DNA from: an uncultured Candidatus Saccharibacteria bacterium
GTDB lineage: Bacteria > Patescibacteriota > Minisyncoccia > Minisyncoccales > GWA2-38-27
Assembly (NCBI GenBank): GCA_964609075.1
Contig: CAZSQP010000001.1
Coordinates: forward strand, 33,593-97,592
Direction of reading: 5' to 3'
Length of the DNA stretch: 64,000 bases
This document shows positions 47,554 through 56,476 of the stretch, piece by piece (the first letter of the stretch is position 1; the number at the start of each line of letters is the position of its first letter). The position numbers and the translations under genes are program-made. The notes below the pieces were generated by a model. The model was given only the letters and a program-made list of their open reading frames with translations. It ran no database searches and was not told the origin of the DNA.

Positions 47554-48842
47554 TTTTTCTTTTTTAATCTCTTTTTAACTTCTTTAACGACTTTATCCAA
47601 CTTTACCTGTTCTTGCTTACCCGTTTCCATATCCCTAATAAGGATAGCGTCTTCTAAAGCTTCCTGTTGCCCTATAATTAAGGTATAAGGAAGACCCATT
47701 TTACCAGCTCTACTCAACTGGGCTTTTAGAGAATCTCTTCCAAAAGATTCCACAACCCTTACATTAGCCTTCCTGAATTCTTCTGAAAGCTTCAAACTTT
47801 TTCTTTTAGCTAAATTTCCAAGCTGAGCTAAAAATATCTGGGGTTTTTTATTCCCTGAAACCTTAACTTCTTTCTCTTTCATCAATTCTATTATCCTCTC
47901 AATACCTGCCGCAGCTCCAGAAGCCGGAGTTTCCTTCCCTCCTAAAAGTTTTACAAGCTTATCGTATCTTCCCCCGGCAGCCAAAGCTAAAGATTTTCCT
48001 TTTTCTGTTTCATAGAACATCTCAAAGACTGTCTTGGTATAATAATCTAAACCTCTGACAAGATAAGGATTCAGCCTGTAAGGCACTTCTATCTCGTCTA
48101 AAAACTCTAAAACCTTTTTCAGATGATCTTTACAGTCATCGCATAAGTGATCTAAAATTTGAGGAGCGTTAGCTTTTAAAGGCTGGCACTTTTCCTGTTT
48201 ACAATCTAAAATCCTTAAAACATTGCTTTTTAATCTTTTTTTGCAGTCAGTACATAAAGATTTCTTTCTGGAACGGAAATAGTTTTTAAGCAGTTTCTTA
48301 TAGTAAGGCCTGCATTGGCTATCTCCTATACTATTTATCTCTATCATTAAGTCTTTAAGCTTCAGTTCTTCTAAAACATTCCAGAATATCTGGATAATCT
48401 GAGCATCTACTACGGGACTTTGCTCTCCTAAAATTTCAAATCCAAACTGCCAGAATTGCCTGTATCTTCCTGCCTGCTGCCTTTCGTGTCGAAAGCAAGG
48501 CCCAAAATACCAAAGCTTAACAGGTTGAGGCCAGCTCTTCATACCCTGTTCAATGTATGATCTAGCTATAGGAGCTGTCATCTCAGGTCTCATAGCAAGA
48601 GAATCCCCTCCTTTGGTTTTTAAAGTGTACATCTCCTTATCCACTATATCAGTAGCGTCCCCTATTCCTTTAGAAAAGAGGGCTTCCTTTTCTAAAATAG
48701 GAGTTTCTATTCTTCCGAAGCTGTAAAATTCCGCTATCTCTGAAACAACTTCAAATATTTTCTGATAATACTGCCAGTCTTCAGGCAGAATATCGTGCAT
48801 TCCGGGAGGGGTCTGCAGTTTTGTTTTTTTTGCCATATTCAA
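47550..48842 (-). CDS. hisS: Histidine--tRNA ligase
   Basis: Class II motifs (MRPEMTAPIAR, FRHERQQAGRYRQF, GGRYD). Confidence 0.9.
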   Translation of the reverse strand: MNMAKKTKLQTPPGMHDILPEDWQYYQKIFEVVSEIAEFYSFGRIETPILEKEALFSKGIGDATDIVDKEMYTLKTKGGDSLAMRPEMTAPIARSYIEQGMKSWPQPVKLWYFGPCFRHERQQAGRYRQFWQFGFEILGEQSPVVDAQIIQIFWNVLEELKLKDLMIEINSIGDSQCRPYYKKLLKNYFRSRKKSLCTDCKKRLKSNVLRILDCKQEKCQPLKANAPQILDHLCDDCKDHLKKVLEFLDEIEVPYRLNPYLVRGLDYYTKTVFEMFYETEKGKSLALAAGGRYDKLVKLLGGKETPASGAAAGIERIIELMKEKEVKVSGNKKPQIFLAQLGNLAKRKSLKLSEEFRKANVRVVESFGRDSLKAQLSRAGKMGLPYTLIIGQQEALEDAILIRDMETGKQEQVKLDKVVKEVKKRLKKKK

Positions 48843-49393
48843 TAATCAGGACTTTCAAACTTATCAATGTTCTCAAAAGGCCAAGCCCTGAGAAAAACCC
48901 TGCCGATAATCTCTTTTTCATCTAGAGGACCAAATCTCCGAGAATCAAAAGAATAAGGTCTGTTATCTCCTAAGACAAAATAATCGTCTTCTCCTAAAGT
49001 TATCTTAACATTGCCTAAAGTCTCAAAAGGAGGAAGATACTTATCTTCATTTAAAACAATCTCTCCTTCATTAATCCTGATCTTACCGTCTCCTATCTCC
49101 ACCGTTTCTCCAGGTAAACCTACTATTCTTTTAATAAATTTCTGATCAGGATTCTCCGGATATTCAAAAACTATAACTTCCCCTCTTTTGGGCTCTCTTA
49201 ATCTGTAAGATATTTCATCAACAATCAAATAATCTCCGTCTCTAAAATTAGGCTCCATTGATTGTCCTCTAACCAAAAAAGGTTGAAAGAGAAAATATCT
49301 AATAGGAGCCACTATTAAAGCGGCTATAACCACTATCTTTGCCATTTCCCAAATAAAGGAAATGAATTTTCTAAAAGTTTGCTTTTCTTCCAT
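48839..49393 (-). CDS. lepB: Signal peptidase I
   Basis: GQSMEPNF (Ser), KRIVGLPGE (Lys) and GDNRPYSFDSR. Confidence 0.85.
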   Translation of the reverse strand: MEEKQTFRKFISFIWEMAKIVVIAALIVAPIRYFLFQPFLVRGQSMEPNFRDGDYLIVDEISYRLREPKRGEVIVFEYPENPDQKFIKRIVGLPGETVEIGDGKIRINEGEIVLNEDKYLPPFETLGNVKITLGEDDYFVLGDNRPYSFDSRRFGPLDEKEIIGRVFLRAWPFENIDKFESPDY

Positions 49394-49440
49394 AATAATA
49401 TATTATATTCTATCAAAATTACCATCTTTTTCAAGTCTTT

Positions 49441-49476
49441 TTAAAATAAAGGCCCCATCCCTTCAAAAGATGGGGC
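49441..49476 (-). terminator. Intrinsic terminator (possibly bidirectional)
   Basis: GCCCCATC..GATGGGGC stem with T-runs on both strands. Confidence 0.55.
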
Positions 49477-49483
49477 TTTTTGT

Positions 49484-49927
49484 TCAAAAAAGAAAGGTGT
49501 TAACCTGAAGAGCGCCGTTTCTCTCAAAGAGAAATCTCAATCCCCTGCAAACATCTGGGGACAACTCCTGGGCTTCTCCAACAAGGCAAACATGAAGCTT
49601 TTTGATGTCTGGGAATCCGCCTTTTCCCAAAAGAGAGCCTCTCTGTCTTTCAAGCTTCCTTCTGAGTCCGTCCTCAGAAGGAGAAAGACCGCCTTGTAAT
49701 TCTCTTACATCATCTCCTAAAAAGACATTGCCATGGGTAGTGATAAGATGAGACCAGCCCCTTTCTCTGGGAACAACCCTCAGAAAACAAAGGTCGTCAA
49801 ACTCTCTTCCTAAGAGAGAGCTGACATCAGAAGGATTAATATTGCTCCTTGATTCCATTAAACCTACAAGGAGATCAATATCATCCAAAAAATCAACAGG
49901 AACAGGGATTTTCATAGCGGTAGTCAT
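49484..49927 (-). CDS. Hypothetical protein (GC-rich orphan)
   Basis: 147-aa ORF. Start overlaps the stop of the upstream ORF (ATGA). No motif recognised. Confidence 0.3.
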   Translation of the reverse strand: MTTAMKIPVPVDFLDDIDLLVGLMESRSNINPSDVSSLLGREFDDLCFLRVVPRERGWSHLITTHGNVFLGDDVRELQGGLSPSEDGLRRKLERQRGSLLGKGGFPDIKKLHVCLVGEAQELSPDVCRGLRFLFERNGALQVNTFLF

Positions 49928-50199
49928 TATCCTACCCTCCCTGCCAAGCGGGAATCATTAAAAAAGCTGGGACTCCCGTCTTTAGAAGGAGGATGAGATT
50001 GGTATCGCCTTCTTTTTCTTTCAATTCTTGTCATCATCCTACGCACCTCTGAGAAGGAAAGGCCGCAAAAACCCAGACTTCTCAGATGTTTGGCAGCCTT
50101 CTCTACATCTTCCTCATCTTTGTGATCCAAAGGCCTCTCGGAAAGGAAATTCTTGAGGGCCTGGTATGGATCCTTTGACGTGACCTGCAATAGAGACAT
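49927..50199 (-). CDS. Hypothetical protein (GC-rich orphan)
   Basis: 90-aa ORF with a GAGGAAAGG RBS-like sequence upstream. Confidence 0.3.
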   Translation of the reverse strand: MSLLQVTSKDPYQALKNFLSERPLDHKDEEDVEKAAKHLRSLGFCGLSFSEVRRMMTRIERKRRRYQSHPPSKDGSPSFFNDSRLAGRVG

Positions 50200-50377
50200 T
50201 GTCTGCCTTTCCTCTTACCCCTCTGATCTCTGTTCTCAAAAGTTCCCGGGTTGAAAGGGGGTTTAGGGAGCCTCCGACATTTTCATATGCCTTTCTCCTT
50301 TCTCTTTTGATTCCTGTTAAAGAACTTTTATTTATCTTAACTCTGGCAAAATTAATGTCAACTGTTAAAATAGAATA

Positions 50378-50893
50378 ATGATTGTTATAGGACTGGGAAA
50401 TCCAGGAAAAAAATATAAAGGAACAAGACATAACCTAGGATTTGAAGCTGTAGACTATTTTGCCCAAAGAAATAACTTCCCTGAATTTAAGCTTTCAAAA
50501 AAGCTAAATTCTTTAATTTCAAAAAAGGGAGATATATTTCTTCTAAAACCGCAAACTTTTATGAATAACTCAGGCAAAGCCGTAAAAGATGCAACTGATT
50601 ATTACAATATTGATTATTCTGAGATTATAGTAATACATGATGATATAGATTTAAAGATAGGCAAAGTCAAAACCGCAAGAGACAGAGGCTCTGCCGGACA
50701 CAAAGGAGTAGAATCTATAATCTCCTATCTTAAAACAAAAGACTTTACAAGAATAAGAATAGGAATAAGCCCCGAAGAAAAACCTGAAAATACAGAGAGC
50801 TTCGTTCTTAAAAGATTTAGCAAAGAAGAAAGAGAAAGAATAAAAGAATCTCTTGAAAGGGTAAACGAAAAGATCCTCAGTATTGTAAAATAA
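50378..50893 (+). CDS. pth: Peptidyl-tRNA hydrolase
   Basis: GLGNPGKKYKGTRHNLGF and DDIDL motifs. Confidence 0.9.
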   Translation: MIVIGLGNPGKKYKGTRHNLGFEAVDYFAQRNNFPEFKLSKKLNSLISKKGDIFLLKPQTFMNNSGKAVKDATDYYNIDYSEIIVIHDDIDLKIGKVKTARDRGSAGHKGVESIISYLKTKDFTRIRIGISPEEKPENTESFVLKRFSKEERERIKESLERVNEKILSIVK

Positions 50894-50921
50894 AAGCCAG
50901 GAATTTCTCCTGGCCTTTTTG

Positions 50922-51203
50922 TTAGTTTTCCCTGACATAAATCTCGCTCCCACCGGAGACAGACTCTCCGGATCTAATGAAAACCGCCCCGATAATCTTC
51001 TCCAAGAGCGAAATTGCAGCAGACGCTGCTATACGGCTGCCGAAGACAAGACGGTCGTCTTGAGGATTAGAAAATCCCGGCCCGGCACCAATATCAACGT
51101 TGAACACTTCGTGCCCCTCTGTTACCAGAGTAACAGCTCCGTCAAATTTCCTTACTTTAATTCTCTTCACTTTTCTCACCGTCTCATGACTCAGCTCAAG
51201 CAT
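50922..51203 (-). CDS. Hypothetical small protein (GC-rich orphan)
   Basis: 93-aa ORF with a good RBS (AAGGAGAaagaagATG). Preferred over the overlapping plus-strand ORF at 50919-51251. Confidence 0.35.
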   Translation of the reverse strand: MLELSHETVRKVKRIKVRKFDGAVTLVTEGHEVFNVDIGAGPGFSNPQDDRLVFGSRIAASAAISLLEKIIGAVFIRSGESVSGGSEIYVREN

Positions 51204-51257
51204 CTTCTTTCTCCTTTTCTCAGGGTTCTTTTGACAAGAAAACTACCTTAAAGTATA

Positions 51258-53219
51258 ATGATAAGACCGATAATGTCAAGAGAAGAAGAAATCCTGATTG
51301 TCTCTCTCACCCCCTATTTTTTAGAAAAGGGGAATCTTTGGTTTGAAGAAAACAAAGAAGAGATAAGGAAAGCGAGAAAAACCCAGACCTTTTTTGAAGA
51401 CAATACCCTTATAGCAGAAAAAGATCAGGTAATTCCCCTTTCTTATCTTTTGAGAAAGCTGGACGATATGGGATACGAAAAAGTCCAGACAATATCAGAC
51501 CCGGGAGAATTCTCCTGCAAAGGAGGTATATTGGAGATCTTCCCCGTTAATTTAGGTTATGCTGTCCGTTTGGACCTTTTAGGGAATAAAATAGAAAGTA
51601 TAGAAAAGCTTCCTTTAGAGATCGAGGAAGAAAAATTAAAAAAACTTTTAAAAAAGAAATTAAAATCCCAAAAGGTATTCTCTGATTTAAAGAATTTAAA
51701 ACCTGGAGACTATCTTGTCCACTTAGATCACGGCGTAGGAAGATATGCAGGATTAAGCTCAGATAAAAAATACATTCTAGAGTATGCTGAAAACGACAAG
51801 CTGTATATACCTTTGGATAAAAAGAGAAAGCTTTCCCGGTATGTAGGATTTAGAGAACCCAAACTCAGCAGATTAAGCTCCCCTCTCTGGCAGAAAACAA
51901 AAAGAAAAGCAAAAGAGGAAGCAGAAAAAATAGCCAAAGATCTTCTTCAAATTTACGCTAAGAGGGAAATAGCCCAAAGACCTTCTTATTTATCAGAAGA
52001 CGACTTTGATCTTCACCTAGCTTCTACTTTCCCTTACGAGGAAACCCCCGACCAAAAAGAAGCCATAGAAGATATTAAAAATGATTTAGAAAAGGAAACT
52101 CCTATGGACAGAATAGTCTGCGGAGACGTAGGATTTGGGAAAACAGAGGTCGCCCTAAGAGCTGCTATAAAAGTAGCCAAGTCAGGTTTTCTGACAGCTT
52201 TAATCTCCCCCACTACTATTTTAGCTGAACAACACTACCAAAACTTTAAGAAAAGAACAGAGAACCTTCCTTTTAAAATAGCTCTTTTGAGCCGTCTTCA
52301 AACTAAAAAAGAGCAGAAAGAAATAAAGGAAGAATTAGAAGAAGGAAAAATAGATATTGTTATAGGAACTCATCGTCTTTTGTCAAAAGATATAGCTCCT
52401 CTGCTTTTCAAAAAAGAACAGGGATTATTAATAATAGACGACGAGCAGAAATTCGGAGTAAAACAGAAAGAAAAATTAAGAAAAGAAAGGGGAAGAATAG
52501 ATGTGCTTTCTTTGTCCGCCACTCCCATCCCTAGAACTCTTCATTTAGCTCTATCTTCTCTAAAAGACATCTCTTTAATTCAGACCTCACCTGAAGGGAG
52601 ACAGCCCGTTAAAACTTTTGTAGAACCTCATAACAAAGAAACAATTAAGAAAGCTATAAAAGAGGAATTAGAAAGAAAAGGCCAGGTCTATTATCTTTAC
52701 AATAGAGTAGAAACTATAAATAAAGCTAAAGAAACAATAGAAAAACTCGTTCTGGAAGCTAAAGTAGGCATAGCCCACGGAAAAATGAATGAAAAAAAAT
52801 TGATGAAAACAATGAAAGATTTAAAAAATAAAAAAATTGACGTTTTGGTAGCCACCACCATAATAGAGAACGGAATAGACCTTCCCAATGTAAATACCTT
52901 GATTGTAGCAGACAGCATAAGGCTAGGATTGGGACAAGCTTACCAGATAAGAGGAAGAGTGGGAAGATCTCATAAAAAAGCCAAAGCCTATTTCCTTTAC
53001 AATAAAAGCATTACAGGCAAGGCTAAAAAAAGATTAAACTTCCTTAAAAAAATGGAAGAGCCGGGATCTGGATACAGAATAGCTTTGAAAGATCTTGAGA
53101 TAAGAGGAGCTGGAAACATTCTAGGTAAAGAGCAGTCAGGAAGCATAAATCAAGTGGGATTAAATCTTTACTGCCAGATGGTTTCTCAGGCTGTGGAGAA
53201 AATAAAAGCCTCGTCTTAA
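51258..53219 (+). CDS. mfd: Transcription-repair coupling factor Mfd, minimal form
   Basis: CarD/RID motif GDYLVHLDHGVGRY. SF2 helicase motifs GDVGFGKTEVA, IIDDEQKFG, SATPIPRT and QIRGRVGRS. Lacks the long UvrB-homology N-terminus. Confidence 0.8.
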   Translation: MIRPIMSREEEILIVSLTPYFLEKGNLWFEENKEEIRKARKTQTFFEDNTLIAEKDQVIPLSYLLRKLDDMGYEKVQTISDPGEFSCKGGILEIFPVNLGYAVRLDLLGNKIESIEKLPLEIEEEKLKKLLKKKLKSQKVFSDLKNLKPGDYLVHLDHGVGRYAGLSSDKKYILEYAENDKLYIPLDKKRKLSRYVGFREPKLSRLSSPLWQKTKRKAKEEAEKIAKDLLQIYAKREIAQRPSYLSEDDFDLHLASTFPYEETPDQKEAIEDIKNDLEKETPMDRIVCGDVGFGKTEVALRAAIKVAKSGFLTALISPTTILAEQHYQNFKKRTENLPFKIALLSRLQTKKEQKEIKEELEEGKIDIVIGTHRLLSKDIAPLLFKKEQGLLIIDDEQKFGVKQKEKLRKERGRIDVLSLSATPIPRTLHLALSSLKDISLIQTSPEGRQPVKTFVEPHNKETIKKAIKEELERKGQVYYLYNRVETINKAKETIEKLVLEAKVGIAHGKMNEKKLMKTMKDLKNKKIDVLVATTIIENGIDLPNVNTLIVADSIRLGLGQAYQIRGRVGRSHKKAKAYFLYNKSITGKAKKRLNFLKKMEEPGSGYRIALKDLEIRGAGNILGKEQSGSINQVGLNLYCQMVSQAVEKIKASS

Positions 53220-53764
53220 GACGAGGCCTGAGATTTCAAGAAAGATTGGGGAGAAAGAATCACTATCTTCAGTGATCCTATACTCGCCTTTCTTTCTTTT
53301 CTAACGCGAGCCGAAACATCTTTAGCTATGAGTATAATCCTGAGGGTTTCTTTTTCCGGTCCTCCTAGAATTCTTTGCCTTACTTTTTTAGGGTCGATCT
53401 CAATAATCAGAGTCTCCCCCACAAAAACAGGTTTTCTCACCTTCACTCTGTCGATTCCATTAAGCATTCCCATCATATCCCGATAATCGGGATGCTGATA
53501 ACCCCAGACAAAACCTGCCAGTTGAGCCGCCATTTCAGGAATATCAACTCCTCTAAAAAGAGGTTTTCCGTCAGCCACTTCGTGACCGATACAATGCTCG
53601 TCTCTAATAAGAAGCTTTCCGCAGAGAACTTCCGAAGAAACAGTTACTTCATCCATTAAGAGCTTACTTCCCCTGTGAGGAAGAATTGCTTCAATGTCTT
53701 CCGGTCCTAATACGGTTTTCTTTCTAGGAAGCCAGCTTCTTACTGTTTCACGAATATCAAACAT
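53216..53764 (-). CDS. Hotdog-fold FabZ/FabA-like dehydratase-domain protein
   Basis: ILPHRGSKLLMDEV parallels FabZ LPHRYPFLLVDRV. A catalytic-type His lies in CIGHEV. Confidence 0.45.
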   Translation of the reverse strand: MFDIRETVRSWLPRKKTVLGPEDIEAILPHRGSKLLMDEVTVSSEVLCGKLLIRDEHCIGHEVADGKPLFRGVDIPEMAAQLAGFVWGYQHPDYRDMMGMLNGIDRVKVRKPVFVGETLIIEIDPKKVRQRILGGPEKETLRIILIAKDVSARVRKERKASIGSLKIVILSPQSFLKSQASS

Positions 53765-53854
53765 TTTCTCCTCCTTTCTTTTTTAAGTTGCTAATTTGGA
53801 TTTTAGAGGAATATTATAAAAAATCAAGTTTTCTTGCTATAATAACAAAAACTT

Positions 53855-55858
53855 ATGAAATTATTAATAGTAGAAAGCCCAACCAAACAAAAAACCCTGC
53901 AAAAGTTTTTAGGAAAAGACTTTAAAGTAGAGTCCTCTTTTGGGCATGTCAGAGATCTTCCTAAGAGTAAGCTGGGAGTAGATACGGAAAATAACTTTGA
54001 GCCCCAATATATAATTCCCACAAAATCAAGGAAAATAGTAAACTCTTTAAAAAAAGAAAAAGCAGACGAAGTTATCTTAGCCACAGACGAAGATAGAGAG
54101 GGTGAAGCTATTGCCTGGCATCTTTCAGGAGTTCTTGAATTAAAAAACCCCAAAAGAATAGTTTTTCATGAAATAACAAAAGGAGCCATAGAAGAAGCTC
54201 TTAAAAATCCAAGAGAGATAGATATAAATCTAGTCAACGCCCAGCAGGCAAGAAGAGTTTTAGATAGAATAGTAGGATACAAACTCTCTCCTTTCTTATG
54301 GAAAAAAGTAGCCAGAGGACTATCTGCCGGGAGAGTCCAATCTGTAGCTGTAAGACTGGTCTCTGAAAGAGAAAGAGAAATTGAAGCTTTCAAGCCAGAT
54401 GAATACTGGAAGATAACAGCTCTTCTTAAAAAAGAAAAAGAGTTTGAAGCTTTGTTAATCAAGAAAGAGGAAGAAAATATCCCAAAATTAGGAATTAAAA
54501 AACAAAAAGAAGCAGAAGATATTGTAAAAGATTTAAAAGAAGCAGAATATACAGTAGAAAAGGTAGAATCAAAAGAAACAAAGAAAAACCCTTTTCCTCC
54601 TTTTACTACCAGTACTCTCCAGCAAGACGCCTGGTATAAGCTTAAATTCCCCGCCAGAAAGACAATGAGCGCGGCCCAAAGACTGTATGAGAAAGGAATA
54701 ATCACCTACCACAGAACAGATTCTTTGAATTTATCTAATACATCTCTAAACGCAGCTAAAAACTACATTAAAGAAAACTTTGGAGAAAAATATTGGAATT
54801 TAAGGAAATTCAAAGCCAAAGGAAAAGCTCAGGAAGCCCATGAAGCTATAAGGCCTACTTTTCCCAAAAAAGTACCTGAAGAACTAAAACTAGAAAAAGA
54901 CCAAGCCAAGCTCTACAAGCTCATCTGGCAGAGATTCATGGCCTCTCAAATGGCACCCGCTTTTTTCGAATCTAAAAAAGTAGATATTAAAGCCGAACAA
55001 TATACCTTCAGAGCAACAGGACAACTATTAAAGTTTGACGGATTCTTAAAGACTTACCCTGTAAACTTTACAGAATCTGAAATACCGGATCTCAAAGAAA
55101 AAGACAAGCCAGAATTAATAAAGCTGACACCCTCCCAGCACTTCACCCAGCCTCCTCCAAGATATACTGAAGCCAGCTTAATCAAGACCTTAGAAGAAAA
55201 CGGTATAGGAAGACCTTCAACTTACGCTCCTATACTTTCTACAATCCAGCAGAGAAACTACGTAGAAAAAGAAAACGGAAGACTCTCCCCTACAGAGATA
55301 GGCCTTGTTGTAAACGACCTTTTGGTAGAACACTTTCCTAGAATAGTAGATATTCAGTTTACAGCCAAAATGGAAGAAGAGTTTGATAAAATAGCAGAAG
55401 GAGAAAGAAAGTGGAACAAAATGATAGAAGAATTTTACCATCCTTTTGAAAAAAACCTGGAAGAAAAATACGAAGAAGTCTCTAAAAAAGACATAGCAGA
55501 AAAGCCGACAGATAAAAAATGCCCAAAATGCGGTTCTCCTTTAATAAAGAAATTGGGAAAATACGGGAGATTCTACGCCTGCTCTAATTTCCCGGAATGT
55601 AAATATACAGAATCTTTAGAAGAGAATAATTTAAATATTAACTGCCCAAAATGTAAAAAAGGAAAGATAACAGAAAAAAGAACAAGGAAAAACAAGGTTT
55701 TCTACGGATGCGACAGATATCCCGATTGCGACTTTGCCTTATGGGACAAACCTACGGGAGAAAAATGCCCTAAATGCGATTCTCTTCTGGTCCAAAAAGG
55801 AAAGCAGATTAAATGCTCCAACAAGGATTGCCAATTCAAGAAATCTGTGTCAGAATAG
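53855..55858 (+). CDS. topA: DNA topoisomerase I
   Basis: TOPRIM (LIVESPTKQKT, ATDEDREGEAIAWH), active-site ITYHRTDS and C-terminal Cys4 zinc ribbons. Confidence 0.9.
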   Translation: MKLLIVESPTKQKTLQKFLGKDFKVESSFGHVRDLPKSKLGVDTENNFEPQYIIPTKSRKIVNSLKKEKADEVILATDEDREGEAIAWHLSGVLELKNPKRIVFHEITKGAIEEALKNPREIDINLVNAQQARRVLDRIVGYKLSPFLWKKVARGLSAGRVQSVAVRLVSEREREIEAFKPDEYWKITALLKKEKEFEALLIKKEEENIPKLGIKKQKEAEDIVKDLKEAEYTVEKVESKETKKNPFPPFTTSTLQQDAWYKLKFPARKTMSAAQRLYEKGIITYHRTDSLNLSNTSLNAAKNYIKENFGEKYWNLRKFKAKGKAQEAHEAIRPTFPKKVPEELKLEKDQAKLYKLIWQRFMASQMAPAFFESKKVDIKAEQYTFRATGQLLKFDGFLKTYPVNFTESEIPDLKEKDKPELIKLTPSQHFTQPPPRYTEASLIKTLEENGIGRPSTYAPILSTIQQRNYVEKENGRLSPTEIGLVVNDLLVEHFPRIVDIQFTAKMEEEFDKIAEGERKWNKMIEEFYHPFEKNLEEKYEEVSKKDIAEKPTDKKCPKCGSPLIKKLGKYGRFYACSNFPECKYTESLEENNLNINCPKCKKGKITEKRTRKNKVFYGCDRYPDCDFALWDKPTGEKCPKCDSLLVQKGKQIKCSNKDCQFKKSVSE

Positions 55859-55867
55859 AGCGGTAAA

Positions 55868-55951
55868 GCCGGAGTGGCGGAATCGGAATACGCGATGGAT
55901 TCAAAATCCATTGTCCGCAAGGACTTGAGGGTTCGAGTCCCTCCTCCGGCA
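55868..55951 (+). tRNA. tRNA-Leu (anticodon CAA), type II with long variable arm; CCA not encoded
   Basis: Acceptor GCCGGAG/CTCCGGC+A, anticodon stem ATGGA/TCCAT with loop TTCAAAA, variable arm TGTCCGCAAGGACTTG, and T-arm GAGGG-TTCGAGT-CCCTC. Confidence 0.85.
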
Positions 55952-55959
55952 CAGTAAAA

Positions 55960-56007
55960 GCGGGCGAAGATCTTTGCGTTCCTCGGAACGAAGGCTGTAT
56001 TGTCCGC
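55960..56007 (+). repeat. Module H1 (UNCG-type inner hairpin; short outer stem)
   Basis: Stem GCGGGC/GTCCGC. Loops agatctttg and aggctgtat. Inner hairpin GTTC-CTCG-GAAC. Confidence 0.5.
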
Positions 56008-56014
56008 CTAACCT

Positions 56015-56074
56015 ATGAGAGGAGACGATCGAACCAGTATCTAAAAAGACGAGAAAAAGGATGTCTTCTCTCAT
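56015..56074 (+). repeat. Module H2 (A-rich inner hairpin type)
   Basis: Stem ATGAGAGGAGAC/GTCTTCTCTCAT. Loops tcgaaccag and gaaaaagga. Inner element ATCTAAAAAGAC. Confidence 0.65.
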
Positions 56075-56084
56075 TAAGAATAAA

Positions 56085-56141
56085 GTTGGCAGACGGCAGT
56101 ACTCCTGTTCTTTATGAACGAGAATTGGCATGTCTGCCAAC
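56085..56141 (+). repeat. Module H3 (GTTGGCAGAC stem family)
   Basis: Stem GTTGGCAGAC/GTCTGCCAAC. Loops cagtactcc and gaattggca. Inner hairpin GTTCTTTATGAAC. Confidence 0.7.
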
Positions 56142-56143
56142 TC

Positions 56144-56176
56144 AAGCCCTGAGCTATAAGCTTGGGGCTTTTTATT
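56144..56176 (+). terminator. Intrinsic terminator T1 ending array A
   Basis: AAGCCCTGAGCT-ata-AGCTTGGGGCTT (12 bp including 2 G-U pairs) followed by TTTATT. Confidence 0.65.
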
Positions 56177-56197
56177 AAGAAAACATTCTCCACAGGC

Positions 56198-56226
56198 TTG
56201 ACATAATAGAAATAATAATATATTAT
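56198..56226 (+). promoter_or_regulatory. Promoter P2 (TTGACA-N17-TATTAT) for array B and the downstream gene
   Basis: Consensus -35, 17-nt spacer, near-consensus -10. H4 begins 8 nt after the -10. Preceded by TTCTCCACAGG. Confidence 0.65.
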
Positions 56227-56233
56227 ATTAAAG

Positions 56234-56289
56234 GTTAGCGAACGAAGAAAATCGTGTTCTTCGGAACGATGGCAAGGTTGTCCGCTAAC
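56234..56289 (+). repeat. Module H4 (UUCG type)
   Basis: Stem GTTAGCGAAC/GTCCGCTAAC. Loops agaaaatcg and tggcaaggt. Inner hairpin GTTC-TTCG-GAAC. Confidence 0.7.
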
Positions 56290-56291
56290 TT

Positions 56292-56351
56292 ATGAGAGGA
56301 GACGAGGAAGAGTTTGTCCAAAAAGACGAAAAGAACTCTGTCTCCTCTCAT
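56292..56351 (+). repeat. Module H5 (A-rich type)
   Basis: Perfect 12-bp stem ATGAGAGGAGAC/GTCTCCTCTCAT. Loops ggaagagtt and aaagaactc. Inner element GTCCAAAAAGAC. Confidence 0.7.
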
Positions 56352-56361
56352 TATAAACAAA

Positions 56362-56417
56362 GTTGGCAGACGAGCATAGGGGTGTTCTTCGGAACGAGGT
56401 GGGGAATGTCTGCCAAC
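56362..56417 (+). repeat. Module H6 (GTTGGCAGAC stem family, UUCG type)
   Basis: Stem GTTGGCAGAC/GTCTGCCAAC. Loops gcatagggg and ggtggggaa. Confidence 0.7.
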
Positions 56418-56422
56418 TAAAA

Positions 56423-56476
56423 GGGCGAGACGAGTGGTGTATTGTCTTGAAAGACGACGTTTGATTTGTCTCGCCC
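56423..56476 (+). repeat. Module H7 (A-rich type, GGGCGAGAC stem family)
   Basis: Stem GGGCGAGAC/GTCTCGCCC. Loops gtggtgtat and cgtttgatt. Inner element GTCTTGAAAGAC. Confidence 0.7.

Larger units (their letters stand above)
55956..56141 (+). ncRNA. Hairpin-guide array A (modules H1-H3), fused directly behind tRNA-Leu without its own promoter
   Basis: Three modules following the GACG-A-N9-TGTC grammar. Starts 5 nt after the tRNA and ends at terminator T1. Confidence 0.6.

Noticed and set aside
50114-50431. 105-aa minus-strand ORF
   Set aside because: It crosses the divergent promoter region and the pth start, and overlaps the better-placed 90-aa ORF.
50919-51251. 110-aa plus-strand ORF
   Set aside because: It overlaps the minus-strand 93-aa ORF almost completely. 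That ORF has a canonical RBS and the plus-strand ORF has none. The choice remains low-confidence.
54166-54705. 179-aa minus-strand ORF
   Set aside because: It lies inside and antisense to topA, which has unambiguous motifs.
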